A stretch of 63,958 nucleotides of DNA, filler included, from Piptocephalis cylindrospora (taxonomy: Eukaryota): the NCBI GenBank assembly GCA_003614145.1. It is 7 parts of 7 records of this genome, joined end to end, with 100 filler letters (N's around TTAATTAATTAA, not from the genome) between each part and the next. Parts side by side here need not be neighbours in the genome. Positions count along the whole stretch, not along the records: positions 28,445 to 37,795 come from KZ988088.1; positions 37,896 to 47,232 come from KZ988089.1; positions 47,333 to 56,667 come from KZ988090.1; 4 more parts are not named here. The stretch is one strand, 5' to 3'. Made by a program: the position numbers and the translations under genes. Below are positions 37,642-49,925 of the stretch, in pieces. The notes under the pieces are model-generated. The model saw nothing but the letters and a program-made list of their open reading frames with translations. It made no database searches and was not told where the DNA came from. The stretch's first letter is position 1, and each line of letters begins with the position of its first letter.

Positions 37642-39706
37642 AAGTGAGGGGGGAGAAACAACTGAAAATTTATGATGCTTCATCACTCACCCCCCTCCCC
37701 CCCTCTCCCCTCCCTTTCCCTTTGGCTAGAGGCCGATATGGGACGTAGTAGATCACCCATCCTCTTCCCCTTCTAAATGTCCCTCCCCCTTCTCCNNNNN
37801 NNNNNNNNNNNNNNNNNNNNNNNNNNNNNNNNNNNNNNNTTAATTAATTAANNNNNNNNNNNNNNNNNNNNNNNNNNNNNNNNNNNNNNNNNNNNCCCCA
37901 ACAACACTAATAATAATAAGCGAATAGTGAATCAATAACTAGAGGAAGGGGGTCTCCTACGCAGAATCATCTCTACATCCAAAGAATGACAAGGGCATAT
38001 CCCGATGGAGGATCAATAGAAGCTGGGAGAAAGAGAGACCAAATGCATTGGCGTGCCTCGATACCAGCTATCCAGCCCTCCTCTCCCACACTTCAGGAAA
38101 GAATCATGTGACATGGGTTGACGATCATTATGTTGATGGGTAGTATAGCATGATCATGAATGGTACCTTGGAGATGCACGCGAAAGCAATCGAACCAGTC
38201 GACGACGAAACCAAGGTGATGGGATCTGTATGAAAAGATGGGGAGGGGTGGTACAGTCATTCAGGAGGGAGGTGCTTGTCTTAATTCCACCACCCCTGGG
38301 ATCGACATTCTGGATGATTATCCTTCTCTAAAGTTCTCACGCTCCTTCCGAGTCGACTGGAGGAGTGGACTTAATTGATCATCTCTAGGGAGTTCATCGC
38401 GATATCAACACACTCTCCCCATTAACCTATCAAGCTGCTAGAAACAGCACGGACATCTCATTCCTCGATATGGAGTACTTTGTCTCCCTTCGCCTCTTTA
38501 TTTATAGCCTTTGAGGCTCACATATGTTACTATCATCATGAAAATAAATCGATTTCCGTAGCATTTAGAACAAGGGAGGCTTATCCAACTGTCCCCTCAT
38601 TTCGACTAGACGCTTTCTAATAATATCCCCTCTCTGTCCAACCCATGCCATCGTCACCAATGAATATATTATTCTTTATCAGGGGTAAGGAATGCGGCTA
38701 CCCATGACTTTTAGGCACGGTTCATGCGCCATGTCAATAGCCCAGGTCGACGGAGGAAAAATTTTAACCGGGGAATCAATCCTTGTCCCATCCATCTTGC
38801 GCATTCTCGACGAAGAGGATTCAAGGGGGATTCCAAATGCAATGCATCATTCAGCATACCCGTGGGCGCCGTCCCATCTTCATCTCTATGCACCTGTACA
38901 CGTCCAAGACTCACCCACCTGCCTGTGACTACAAATGAGCACCAGCATTGTTTTGGCATCAAGGAAAATGTCGTAGTGGGAGGATATAAATCCCTTACCC
39001 ACTCATACCCTATATTTTCCCCTTCCCATCAAAACGCTTATATACAGCTCAATGCATCCATTCGGCTGGGTCAACTCATTACCTCCACTACCCCGGTTCT
39101 AGGATAATTGCCCATGAAGGGCTTACGTTCACATTGGTGCCCATCGCATCATCACATAGCGTTTTTCATCCAGGACCAATGAGTTCAAGCTCCCCTCTCC
39201 TTTCCCCCACTGGACTTGTCCGATGAATCCCAAGAATGTACTGAGACGATATGGCGTGCCCCTGCAATGCCCTCCATCTTGGTCATCATGAACGCCATCA
39301 CGCCAGGGCCCAATGAGACCAACTGACTTGCACCATTTAACTCAATCTGCCAAGAATGCAGCCCCTCCCTCTTCCAAATCATGCATGACATACAAATACT
39401 CCATGGAATCACCCATCCCGTCTTTTTCCTGTGCTCTGTTCATTTAATCCCCCCTCATTAAACCGCTCCCTGCTCATTTACCTTACAATCATCCCTCTCC
39501 TACCAGACTACCTCATTGACCCTCCATCTACGATCCGATTTTCTCTTTACCCCCCTCCCCCCCTACCATATCTGTCTCTGACCCCTACCTACCTACCTCT
39601 CCCTATAATCCCCGCCCATCCTCTCATCTATCCCGAAATAACGAGCATATACTCACTTTAGCCTTTTATCACTCTCGCTATTACTCTTATCACCGTATCT
39701 TCAATC

Positions 39707-40800
39707 ATGCTCCCGTTTATCTATCAAGGGTTTACCCTATTTTGCCTTTCTGACATATTTGTCGAAAATTTCCCTCCCTTGCAGCCCTTCCTGCAAGGCT
39801 ACGGGAAAGTCAAAATTGATCAGGACATGCCCCAGCTTCCCGCATCCTCTCCATCCTCCCCTTCTATCCTCATCTCCCTGCACAGAGGCGCCATACGCTG
39901 CCTGAGCACCTCCGTTTCCCGGTCGAGATTCCGAGATTTCTATTTCGTGGCCAACGTCCTGTGTCTATGGACCATATGGTCCCTCTGGCGTCTATACAGC
40001 CACTCCACCTTGACCTTCCCCGTCTCCTTGGTTGCACACACAATGACCCGTCCCTCTGGGCCCATCTCTGGGAGCCTCCTAGATGCAATCGTTCCCTTGA
40101 TCCTCTTTCAGCTACAGGTCTCCCGTCGTCTCTACGAGCAGTGCTACGTTGAACGACCCTCCATTAAGGCCAGGATGAATATATGTCTCTATCTCCTCGG
40201 CTACTTTCATTACTTTCTCGGCGTTTACTCCATGTGGATCGAACGAGCCGCCCTCTTTGGCCTATGGTCTTCCCAGGGTAAGTCGATACGGGAGGGGAAA
40301 TTGGCATGTCCCACTTGATGGTCCAATTGAGCACGGTGGCTTGACTCGATTAACACCAACCCCACACACCTTCCTTTATCACTTCAGACCGTCAAACTCT
40401 AAAATGGAGTGACATCACCATCCATCATGTCCTTGGGGTTTTGCTCTTCCTCTGGGCCTATCATCATCAAGCCAAGCAGCATCGTATACTCGGTAATCTC
40501 CGTGCCCCCTCATCCACCTCCAACCCCTCCAACCCCACGGCCTATGGGCAATATCCCTCAACCTACAAGATTCCTCATGGAAGCTGGTTCCACCTGGTTG
40601 CTTCTCCCCATTACCTCTCCGAGTGTCTCATTTACGCTGGGTACTGCGTTGCTGGAGGCGCCAACCTGGCCTCCACCTTCCTTTGCATCTGGAGCCTCAC
40701 CAACCGTGCTTATGGTGCACGGGGTGCCCACGAATGGTACTGCAGAATATTCCCCAACTTTCCTCGGGATCGACGTATCCTTATCCCGTATATCTGGTGA
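39707..40800 (+). CDS. DFG10: Polyprenol/polyprenal reductase (DFG10/SRD5A3, steroid 5-alpha-reductase family); intron 40278-40387
   Basis: Motifs YGK, FRDFY, LQVSRRLYE, HRILGNLR, YKIPHGSWFHLVASPHYLSECLIY and HEWY..F..FPRDRRILIPYI. Confidence 0.88.
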
Positions 40801-41294
40801 AGAAGCCGTGAGCGTCATCACTCTTTTTTTTTAACTTATTGATAGATGACTTTATGACGAGATTAACGACGCATTAAATACCCCTATTTTACTTGACGCC
40901 TTTGGAGGATTCAGTGGAAAAATGTCTGTTGACGTATCTCACAAAAATGCAACATGTGTATCAGCATCGTGATCATCAATGTGTGGTTATATTTTCTCGC
41001 CTATGGGATATGCCATTGTATGCCCAATAATGACCATCAGAAAAATATCCGCCCTTAGGTGCTATGAAATCCTTATGGGCTTGCCCTGGCGCGTGACGGT
41101 GTGCGGTACCTCCCTGTTGGGTGGAGGAGGTTCGGAGATGGACGCGTGCTCTTATTGACATATCTCTCCTTTGCGCTCCAGAGCCCAATCCTAATCAACC
41201 AACCAACCAACCAACCATCAGTCCTTCCTTTCTTCTTCACTTCCCATCCCTGTCTCTCTCATTCTTCTGCCGTTGAGTTTATCCATCGGGGAGC

Positions 41295-44200
41295 ATGGTT
41301 CGTTTGTAAGTCTATATTCAACCCGTTGGTCGATGGGGTTTACGCGAGGGTCCTGCAATCTCTCATCTTTGCTTTTCCTCTCATCTTGGCGACAGGATAT
41401 CCGCACCGGTGGCCTTTGACGGCTCAGATCGGTCTCCGAGACCTGCTAGCTCTTCGACGCGCCCAGATTCCGTCTCCTCATCACGGCCAGTTCCGACCAG
41501 ACCATGGCTTCACCGACGTCCAGGTCCTTCCCTAATGGGTGCCGCTACCCCAATGACCTCTCTAAGGACCTCCCTATTTCCCATGGGGCTGGATGTCCAA
41601 GGTACACCCATGGGCATCCCCAGTCGTAAGGAAAAGACCAGTAACATTCAGGTGTGTCCTTCTTCCACGGGATCCCCCCACTGCCACTGCTCATCTTAAT
41701 CATACTTTCCTCATTCTTCCTTAGACTTTTCTTCGGGTTCGACCTGGAAAAACTAGCAGCACCCTGCAGGAAAATAATCCGTTTCTTGACCCCCCTTCCT
41801 TCCTCCCCCCTCATCTGGATATTGTCTCTGAGCAGGACATTCAACTTTCCATGTCTCCTTTCGAAAAGGTAGGATGGGTTTGTAAAAGGACAAGGACAGG
41901 GAAAGGATGAAGTGCTTGTCTTCTCACTACGGTTTGCATCCTAATTTTTGCCTAGCAGAGCGGTCAGGCTAGTTCTATGACTGGAGTAAAGAAACCCCGC
42001 CAATCTGCTCCCAAAGAGCAGTTTCGCTTCTCCAGTATCATCCCGCCCGACGCATCCCATAGAGACATGTATCGCAAGGCTGCTCTTCCCCTAGTCAAGG
42101 ATTTACTGGAAAAGAATAGCGGGTCGGGAGTCCTCTTTGCCTATGGCATCACAAACTCTGGGAAAACGCATGCTCTTCAAGGAGGAATCATCTCCACTGG
42201 AATGGAAGGAGGCAAAAATGCACGGGGAATAGTTCAGGAGCCTGGGATAATTCCTATGACCTTGGAGACCATCTTCCATTCCCTACACGGTCATCTTTCC
42301 CCGTTGCCCCACAGGCCACTTCGCCGTACTGAAGTCGAACCTTGCCCCGTCTCTTCCCTCGGTACTTCTCGCGTTAGTCGCCTACGCTCGAGAGGATCAA
42401 GAAGAAGGACCGGTCGTCGATGCTCTCTTACCCCTGCCGACCTTGCTTCCCTGAACGCTCGATCCACTCCTGCTTCCAAGGGTAATTTGGGCACCATGCC
42501 TCCCTTGAAAGAGAAAGCCTTTTCCATCTGGGAGGTCCCTGTTGATGGATCTTATGAGTATGCCGTATGGATGAGTTATGCGGAGATCCGTGGCAAACGT
42601 GTGTGTGATCTCCTATCGCCCACCGTCACTCGAAGGAGACCAGGTGGAGGATCTGGTCTTCTAGCCCTATCCCTTAGGACCGACAAAGACGACCAATGTT
42701 ACATCCACGGGCTACGGGAAATCCAGGCCATGTCCCTTGATGTGAGTATGACGTAGATGACAATGGCTTAGGAGAGAGCATTCACTCAAACAACTTCACG
42801 TCTTTAGGAAGCCATGGCCATCTTTCGTCAAGGTCGTGAGAATCGGACAGCCTACTCTACCCTCCTTAACAAAGATTCTTCCAGGTCTCATGCTATCCTT
42901 TCGATTAAAGTCCTGAGGAAGAAAAAGATAAAAACTGAGGCCGCGATCGCAGAGAAGGAGGACGACGAGAGGGGAGTGAGTCTGTCTCAGCTCTCCTTTG
43001 TAGACCTTGCCGGAGCGGAAACACATGAGGACCGACTTCACCGGCCAGGCCCTGCTCCTAGAGAGGTTGGTGGGATAAACCGATCCCTCATGGTCTTTGG
43101 CATGTGTCTAGAGGCAATGAGATCGGTGAGAAACCGGGGCGACTTTCGAAAAGTAAGCCTCACTCCTTGTATTTTCTTACTAGGCTTGATTGAGCCTTCT
43201 CACTCGTCCTCGTATTTTTTCTCAGGCGGATTACATCGTCCCATTTCGGGAAAGTCAGCTAACCCATCTGTTTCAAGGTGTTTTCACCGGGAGAGATCGT
43301 GCGGTAAGCTATGTCGTATCTTTGTATGAGGTGAGATGATGTCATGAGCCAACCTCATGTGGTCCTTCCTGATAGTCCATGCTCGTTTGTCTGAACCCAT
43401 GGGACTCCCATCAACGAGATATGGCTAAAGTCTTACGCTTTGCCTCGGTAGCTGAACAACCTACTGTTCCTGTGGTGGAGATCAGTTTGGGTGATGGCCC
43501 TCCCAAGAACTGGGGAAGGACCGAATCCCCCTATAGTATGGGCTCAAACCCCAGTGCCTCCCTCGGAATCCTTAGCGAGGAGGAGGAGTGTGAGGAAGAG
43601 AATGCTCCTAATTGTAATATGCACTCCTCTGCAAGTGAGGACGAACCAAGCTCTATGGGAGGATCCCAAGAAAATGAGCTCGACATAAATAAAGATGATC
43701 AGGACTCGTCCCATGGGCCTTGGTTCGCTCCTACCCATAGTACCCGTAAGAGGACTAGGAGAACAAGGAAGAGGAAGCGTCCATCTCCCCCGGAAGAAGT
43801 TGAAGAGATAAATGAAAGGAATAGGGATGAGTACGTCAAGTCCCTCGTTGCTCAAAATCAAGATCTTCGAGAAAAGGTTGGTGCCAATCCTGGGCGAAAG
43901 GGAATGGAGCATTATGAACGACTCTGTACGCCACTTACTTTTCCCCAATCTTCATATAGTGGCTGGTATCAGAGGCTAGGTTAGTAACCTTGGAAGCTGA
44001 AGTACGGGACCAAGTGGTCCGGGAAATGGAGGGAAAAATGCAAGAGATGGAAAAAAGGATCCTTGGAGCACAGCCTATGTTTGACCGTAATTCATCGGAG
44101 GAGGATGATGAAGGGGATGAGGATGAAGACGAGGATGAAGATGAAGGTGGCGTAGAGGACGAAGAGTGTAGTGAAGAACATGTGATAGAAGATGAATCAG

Positions 44201-45528
44201 AGGATGATTATCAGCCTTCTCCGCCACCAGTGTCTAGAAGAAGGGGCGGAAGGAGAGAGAGGGAAGGTCATGACCAGACCAGCGAGGTAAGCAGTGGCAT
44301 TTGCGGTATTTATCCCGTTTATGAACAGTACTTTCCGATGACTAACCAACCTTTTTCTTTCATTGTTTGTTCCCACACCAAATTCCTAGGTTGAGATGCT
44401 ACGCAAGGAATTGGAGAAATGTAAACACAGTTTCCTTGAGGAAAGGGAGCGACTCGAACAAGAATTATCCCAAACTAGGGCTGCTCTACTGACGACCCAC
44501 TTGACGAATAAGGTACGAAGAGGGATATGGATGAAGGTTTCAGGAAGCATGGGAATTACCTTTCGTTTAAGCTCCCTCTTCCTCTAGACCTCGGAGCCCT
44601 TGGCCTTAAGACCGGGCAACTCGACAGGTCCAAGGAGATCTCAGAAAAGCGATGGTCCTCCCAAGATATCTTTCTCCTCTGTCGGACCTGGTAAGCTTTT
44701 CACATGGCGGATCGGCTAGGATATATGATCAATGGCTTGATGATAACTGAACTAACAATACCTCTCTTTTACGATTTTCTTTATCAAGCTTCCCAAAAGG
44801 ATACAAGAGCTCATTCTACCACTTCCAGATGGGGGCGCGAAGGGCTTTTGGATGGAGTAGGACCTCTTCATTCTTACCCCAACTCATCTCAGAAACCATC
44901 CAGTACTAGCGGGAGCTCATTGGCAGGATATGGTTCTAACCTGGTAAGCGATCATGAATGAGTAAACAAAATGGAAGGGGCTACTCAAATATCACACACA
45001 CTCAACCCCTAATTTCTCACGTTCTCTTTATCCCCTGAAGGATCCATTTGATGGCCACTCTCCAATCCATCGAACAATGCACGAGTTCAAGGAATTGAAA
45101 AAATCTGGAATCTCACCCTTGCGTCTGGCCAAAGTGACCACCGAGAGGATCATCGGCCGGAGAAAGTGGGCACGGAAGCGGTCGAGAGAATGGCAGTATC
45201 GAAGGGAAGAGGAGGGGGGGGGAATGATCAAGTGGAGGAGCCTGATGATATCGATAGAGAAGAGGTGCCCCCACTCATCGTAGGAGGCAAACGAAAGTTA
45301 CGATGCAAGCGGAGTATTGTTACTGATGAAGACTTGGCTAGTCCGCCTGATCCAGTGGGATTGGTAAGTATCAGAAATTTAGCGTGAAAAGAAATGGCCA
45401 TGTATCGACACGGTGCTGGAAAATGACTTGCATGTAACTCACTAGCATAACTCACTGGCATATCCCCCTCTCCCCTCATCATCCAGGGGTCATCAATGGG
45501 AAAGCGCATCAAGGCATTGCTTCCCTGA
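41295..45528 (+). CDS. Kinesin motor protein, kinesin-6 (MKLP/Klp9)-like, multi-exon; outer exons tentative
   Basis: Motifs FLRVRP, P-loop FAYGITNSGKT, a long loop-6 insertion, WMSYAEI, NKDSSRSHAI, DLAGAE, INRSL and VPFRESQLTHLF. The coiled coil includes EAEVRDQVVREM. Confidence 0.85.
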
Positions 45529-46021
45529 CCGAAGCAGGAGAGATGGATGGACCACGATGGACCCATACCCCCTGTAGGTCCCTGTTGTTTAACCGTGTGT
45601 ACATGTAGGGGAATGGTTGGTGGAGTTGGCATTCGGTAAGGGTCATTCATGAAGGAACAATATCACTTCTATGCCATTGCTTTGCATCGGTCATCGTGCT
45701 TTTTTTTCCCTTCACAAATCAAGAGATTGCAAGAGAATAATGATAACTGAGCAAGTAGAATGTTACTTCCCTCCATCCTACCGCTCTCCTTTCCTCCCCA
45801 GCTCCAAGTAATTCTCACGTTACCCAGATCCATAATGCCTTCTTTTTTTACTTGAAGGGGATCAGGATGAGTGCGTATTGTTGTGGTTGCTACTCTTCCT
45901 TATCCCGCCTTCTCTCACTACGGCCATCACTCAACATCATGCTGCTTCGGAAGAAAGTGTATCCATCCTCTTCCTCTCTCCACTCTCTTTCATTCTTCTC
46001 CTCTTTCCTGAAATCTACTAC

Positions 46022-46487
46022 TTATTTTTGGGTCTTATCGAGGTGAACCAGGAAGGCTTCCAGATCGAAATTGGGGTCGTCGGGGTTGGAGATAACTGAA
46101 CGGTGGAGGCAAAGCCCAAAGTGAGTGGAGATGAAAATACGCGAGGCGATAAAAAGCCCTAATCTTCACTTACCGCCAGTCTTGGGGGCAAGAGCAGCCT
46201 GCCTAATCTGCCACTGGGCCCGAGCCTCGGCTACCCGCTCAATGTGCCTCTTTTCCCGGGCCTCGAGCTCTTGCGCAGCCTTAGACTTGTTCAGGCCGCG
46301 GTGATGGAAAAAGCCGTAAATGATACCGGCGCCCAGACCACCATACCGGGCAAACTAGAACACCAAAGAGGGGGGAGGGAAGGTGAGGGAGCTTGACCAC
46401 AACAAATGCCAACTGCCAAAGGCAAGGAGAGAGATGACTTACGCTACGTAGAGGAGACACGACGGTTTTGGCAGCGGGAGCGGACAT
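46022..46487 (-). CDS. ATP21: Mitochondrial ATP synthase subunit e (Tim11/Atp21), 3 exons
   Basis: Spliced product MSAPAAKTVVSPLRS-FARYGGLGAGIIYGFFH..ARAQW..VISNPDDPNFDLEAFL, with the GxxxG TM motif. Confidence 0.85.
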
Positions 46488-47332
46488 ACTCAAGGGGGGG
46501 AGGTGTGGAAGTGAGAGGACGGGAGGAGGAAAAAGAAAAGAACTATTGAGTCCAGAGGAGAGATGCCGTGTTGTTGGGGGAAAAGGGTGAAAGGTGAACA
46601 GCGAAGGGGGTGATAGAGCGCGAGTGAGGGATAGGGCGAACCGGGAGGGTAGGAAGGGTGAGCCCGAGAACCGCGGCTCCTCGCCCCTCCAAGATGCACA
46701 ATCGGAAGCGTTAGAATGGGGAGGAGAAAGATTGGATGGCACTTTCCTGACAAAAATATACCATCCCACCCACACATTGACAGAGCAATTTTTGCTATGG
46801 TCAGAATTAACTTGAAAAGGATAATTTGAAGAGATCTGACCAGTGTTTTTAGGTCTATTACGGCGTGGTTGTGATCTAGACCTATCGGTTCAGCAGTTTG
46901 GACTATCCCTTTGCAGCATTCATCCGTATTGAAGTTCAATAATTCATAGTTTTATATTAAGGGATAGGGCCAAATTAAGCTAATCACCCTTACTAACTAC
47001 CCCCCACAAGAGTAGCAATATTGTTTAATAACGTTGCATGAGGAGATATGGCATTGGCATTAATATATTAAAAAAATCACTTGCTCACAATCCATTAAAC
47101 CGTGGATATACCAAACTGAAAATTTCATTTCAAAAATCATCATAGCCTTCCATGATTTTCAATATAAAAAGAAAAGGAGAGAAGCTTACTCCATGCGCGT
47201 GATGCGCGTGAGTCGTACTTGGTGATCCGAGGNNNNNNNNNNNNNNNNNNNNNNNNNNNNNNNNNNNNNNNNNNNNTTAATTAATTAANNNNNNNNNNNN
47301 NNNNNNNNNNNNNNNNNNNNNNNNNNNNNNNN

Positions 47333-47433
47333 CCAAGTCATCCTGTATGTGGGTCCAAGCCCCAAGAAACCTGAGGATCTGAAGGCCTGGAAGAGTTTCT
47401 TTACCCAGGGAGATACCGTAGAGGGATTGTGAG
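47333..47433 (+). CDS. Possible 3' end of an unidentified gene
   Basis: Open frame QVILYVGPSPKKPEDLKAWKSFFTQGDTVEGL* from the contig start. Family not recognised. Confidence 0.3.
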
Positions 47434-47728
47434 TGAGCGCGTGGGCTGCCGAGAGGAGGAATAAGGAAACAAGGAGCCAAGTCCCTCTGTGGATTGGATG
47501 CAGGTTACAACCTGGTCGATATGCCCACTCGCTCACTCTTCCCCGTCATTCAATATTGTGTTTTATCCCATTCATATGGTTTATTCTCCCCTCATTTCTC
47601 ATCATCACCAACATCAAAATAAACGAATTTTCTCTTTTTTCATTCTACTGCTTGCTACACCACATTCTCAATCGTCAACATCATCATCCTTCGTGTATGT
47701 GTAGCGAATAGTTTGAAGTAAGAGCGCA

Positions 47729-48662
47729 TTATCTCAGCGAGGAGAAAGGAAGAGGCTCTAAGATACGGGCCTTCATACGGTTGGCTAGACGCACGGTGTG
47801 GTAAACAGTCTCGGGCCAACCATCGGCCTGCCATGCTTCTTCACGCGTGCGCTTCCGGGTAGCAAGGTCGGGGTACTGCCACATGTGGTGGACGACGTTG
47901 AGGTTCCCGAGCTGGGCGAACCAGGCACCAACAGGCTCACAATAGGGCCTCTTGCACTCCAGACCCTTCTTCCAATGGGTCTCCCATTCGAGCATGTTCC
48001 CAGGCTTGAGATCATACGTACGAAGTTCGTAGACTCCCCCAGTCACCCTCGGTGGGGCGGTCGGCCAAAAGGCGAATTCGAGACATACTTGATTTTCCCT
48101 GGAACGAATCAAAGGCCTCAATCGTCTCTGATACTCAAGGTAGGCCTATGGAAGGAGGATGATAAGTGGGCTGTTTGTGGGTACGGAAAGGACAAATGAG
48201 CGTAAAAGGCCTTACCGGATCTCGTCGGAGACGGTCATAAGCGATGGCCTGCCCCTGGTACCCAGTAAACTCCCAGATGTGTAGAGCAGTATCTTGATCC
48301 CCTACACTGGTCATCCAACTACCGGTCAATTTAACATCGCCCTGACCCTCTTCAGCAATTCGGGGGTAGTGTTCCGAAACTAGGGCAATGTACTCCTCAA
48401 CGCATTCGGGCTTCACACGATGTTTCTGGATTTCGTGAACATACTTTCCTCGTGCAAGGATAGCCGAATGAGTCTGTCTTGATTCGGCCTGAGCCGTTGG
48501 GGATCCATGAAGGATCTTACCGACAAGTGATCTCTGCTCAATGTTTTCGGGAGGTAGGGAGGAATAGGAACGGGAAAGAGGCGCGATGATACGAGAACTG
48601 GCGGAAAGGGTAGGACGAAAGGAAGCGGCCAAGCCAAGGCGTGCTGTTCTTGACAAGATCAT
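47729..48662 (-). CDS. NIPSNAP family mitochondrial protein; intron 48215-48146
   Basis: Arg/Ser-rich presequence. Motifs HSAILARGKYVHE, GGVYELRTYDLKPGNMLEW and VGAWFAQLGNLNVVHHMWQY. Confidence 0.93.
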
Positions 48663-49238
48663 ATTGAGTAGAGGAGACAGAGAGCAGGGCAAAGGGGGAA
48701 AAAGGGAAGGAGGAACGAACAAAGATGAGAAAAGGAAAGGGGAGGATGATAAGGAAAAGACCTAGCCTGTGAACGAAATGGGCAAGGGGCTGTAGGCCAC
48801 ATTTATAGCCGCTTGGGGCTACAATAGATGGAGAGGCTGCTTCACACAAGGACATAGGAGTGGGTACGGGAGAGAAACAGACCAAGGCTGGCACATGACG
48901 TACCAGATGAGTCAAGGCCATATGGGCGTAAATTCAAGATCGGAGTTGATGGTTCGGAGTGGAGCGGGGGAATGAGCATGGCAAATTGGGCTGGAATACA
49001 ATCTTACTGTCCTGGCCAAATTGGGTATGAACAAACGACCATTTCATACTGGTATGTGTGTATACATAGAGATCATTAGATAAAGAAGAGAACACTATGC
49101 ATGTTTATTGGGCAAGCCTCATTTTTAACAGTAAGAAAAGCAGAAATCTGCCTCAACTCTGCACAGTGAAAGGAATGCTAGTGCCATTGAAAGGGCCTGG
49201 CATTACCTCTTAGTATGAGGACTCTCTGACTCTAGCTG

Positions 49239-49925
49239 TCAGTACTCATAGCCGAAGGGGTATCCAGAATCGGACTCGGACTCGGACTCAGTCGAAGACC
49301 TGGTACCAGCGTAACTGGACAGAGTAGGCTCGCTGTTGATGAGAACAGAACCACAGAGACGAGCTGGGGTAGGATACACCGGAGAGCGCTTGGGATACTC
49401 GGGTTCGTCCCCACTTACCCTGGCAAAAATAATGCTGTAGTAGGGGATGCCACCAGCACTGTACCATCTGGAAATTCCAAAATGGGTGTATGGAAGATCG
49501 AACTCGTCCTGGATCAGCGTTGGGTTGGTATAGTAGGCATCAACCACTTGTTGTATGGTCCGATATCCTCGCTCAACGACTTCGTAGGCACTAACACAGT
49601 TTGAGCACCCGGCCCTTTCCAGCATACCCAAGGTATTTGTGTTCTGAGGGCTGCGTTTGTTCGTCGTTGGGTGTTTGGCCATGTACCAAGCGCTGTAGGC
49701 AGCAACACGATCTAGGGCATCCATATTCTTGACCTTGGCGCGACCCTCGTGCTTGCGATGTGCGTTGAAAGCGGAGGTAAACTTGCGAGAATCAAAATCC
49801 CTACATCCAATGGGTGTCGTCTCAGTAGGTATGGCGTTTCCGTATACCACGGAGGACGGAAAAAGGGCCATGATGATGAGGGGAGCGGCCCATACAAGGG
49901 TGCAGGAAACGGGGCTAAAGAGCAT
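49239..49925 (-). CDS. Secreted CAP/SCP-superfamily protein (YkwD-like subtype), degenerate
   Basis: Hydrophobic N-terminus. FNAHRKHEG..LDRVAA..YMA, EVVERGYRTIQQVVDAY and YTHFGIS..PYYSIIFA follow the CAP motif order. Confidence 0.7.
   Translation of the reverse strand: MLFSPVSCTLVWAAPLIIMALFPSSVVYGNAIPTETTPIGCRDFDSRKFTSAFNAHRKHEGRAKVKNMDALDRVAAYSAWYMAKHPTTNKRSPQNTNTLGMLERAGCSNCVSAYEVVERGYRTIQQVVDAYYTNPTLIQDEFDLPYTHFGISRWYSAGGIPYYSIIFARVSGDEPEYPKRSPVYPTPARLCGSVLINSEPTLSSYAGTRSSTESESESDSGYPFGYEY

Noticed and set aside
37896..39660. Short ORFs at the start of contig 5
   Set aside because: No recognisable domains or consistent exon structure.
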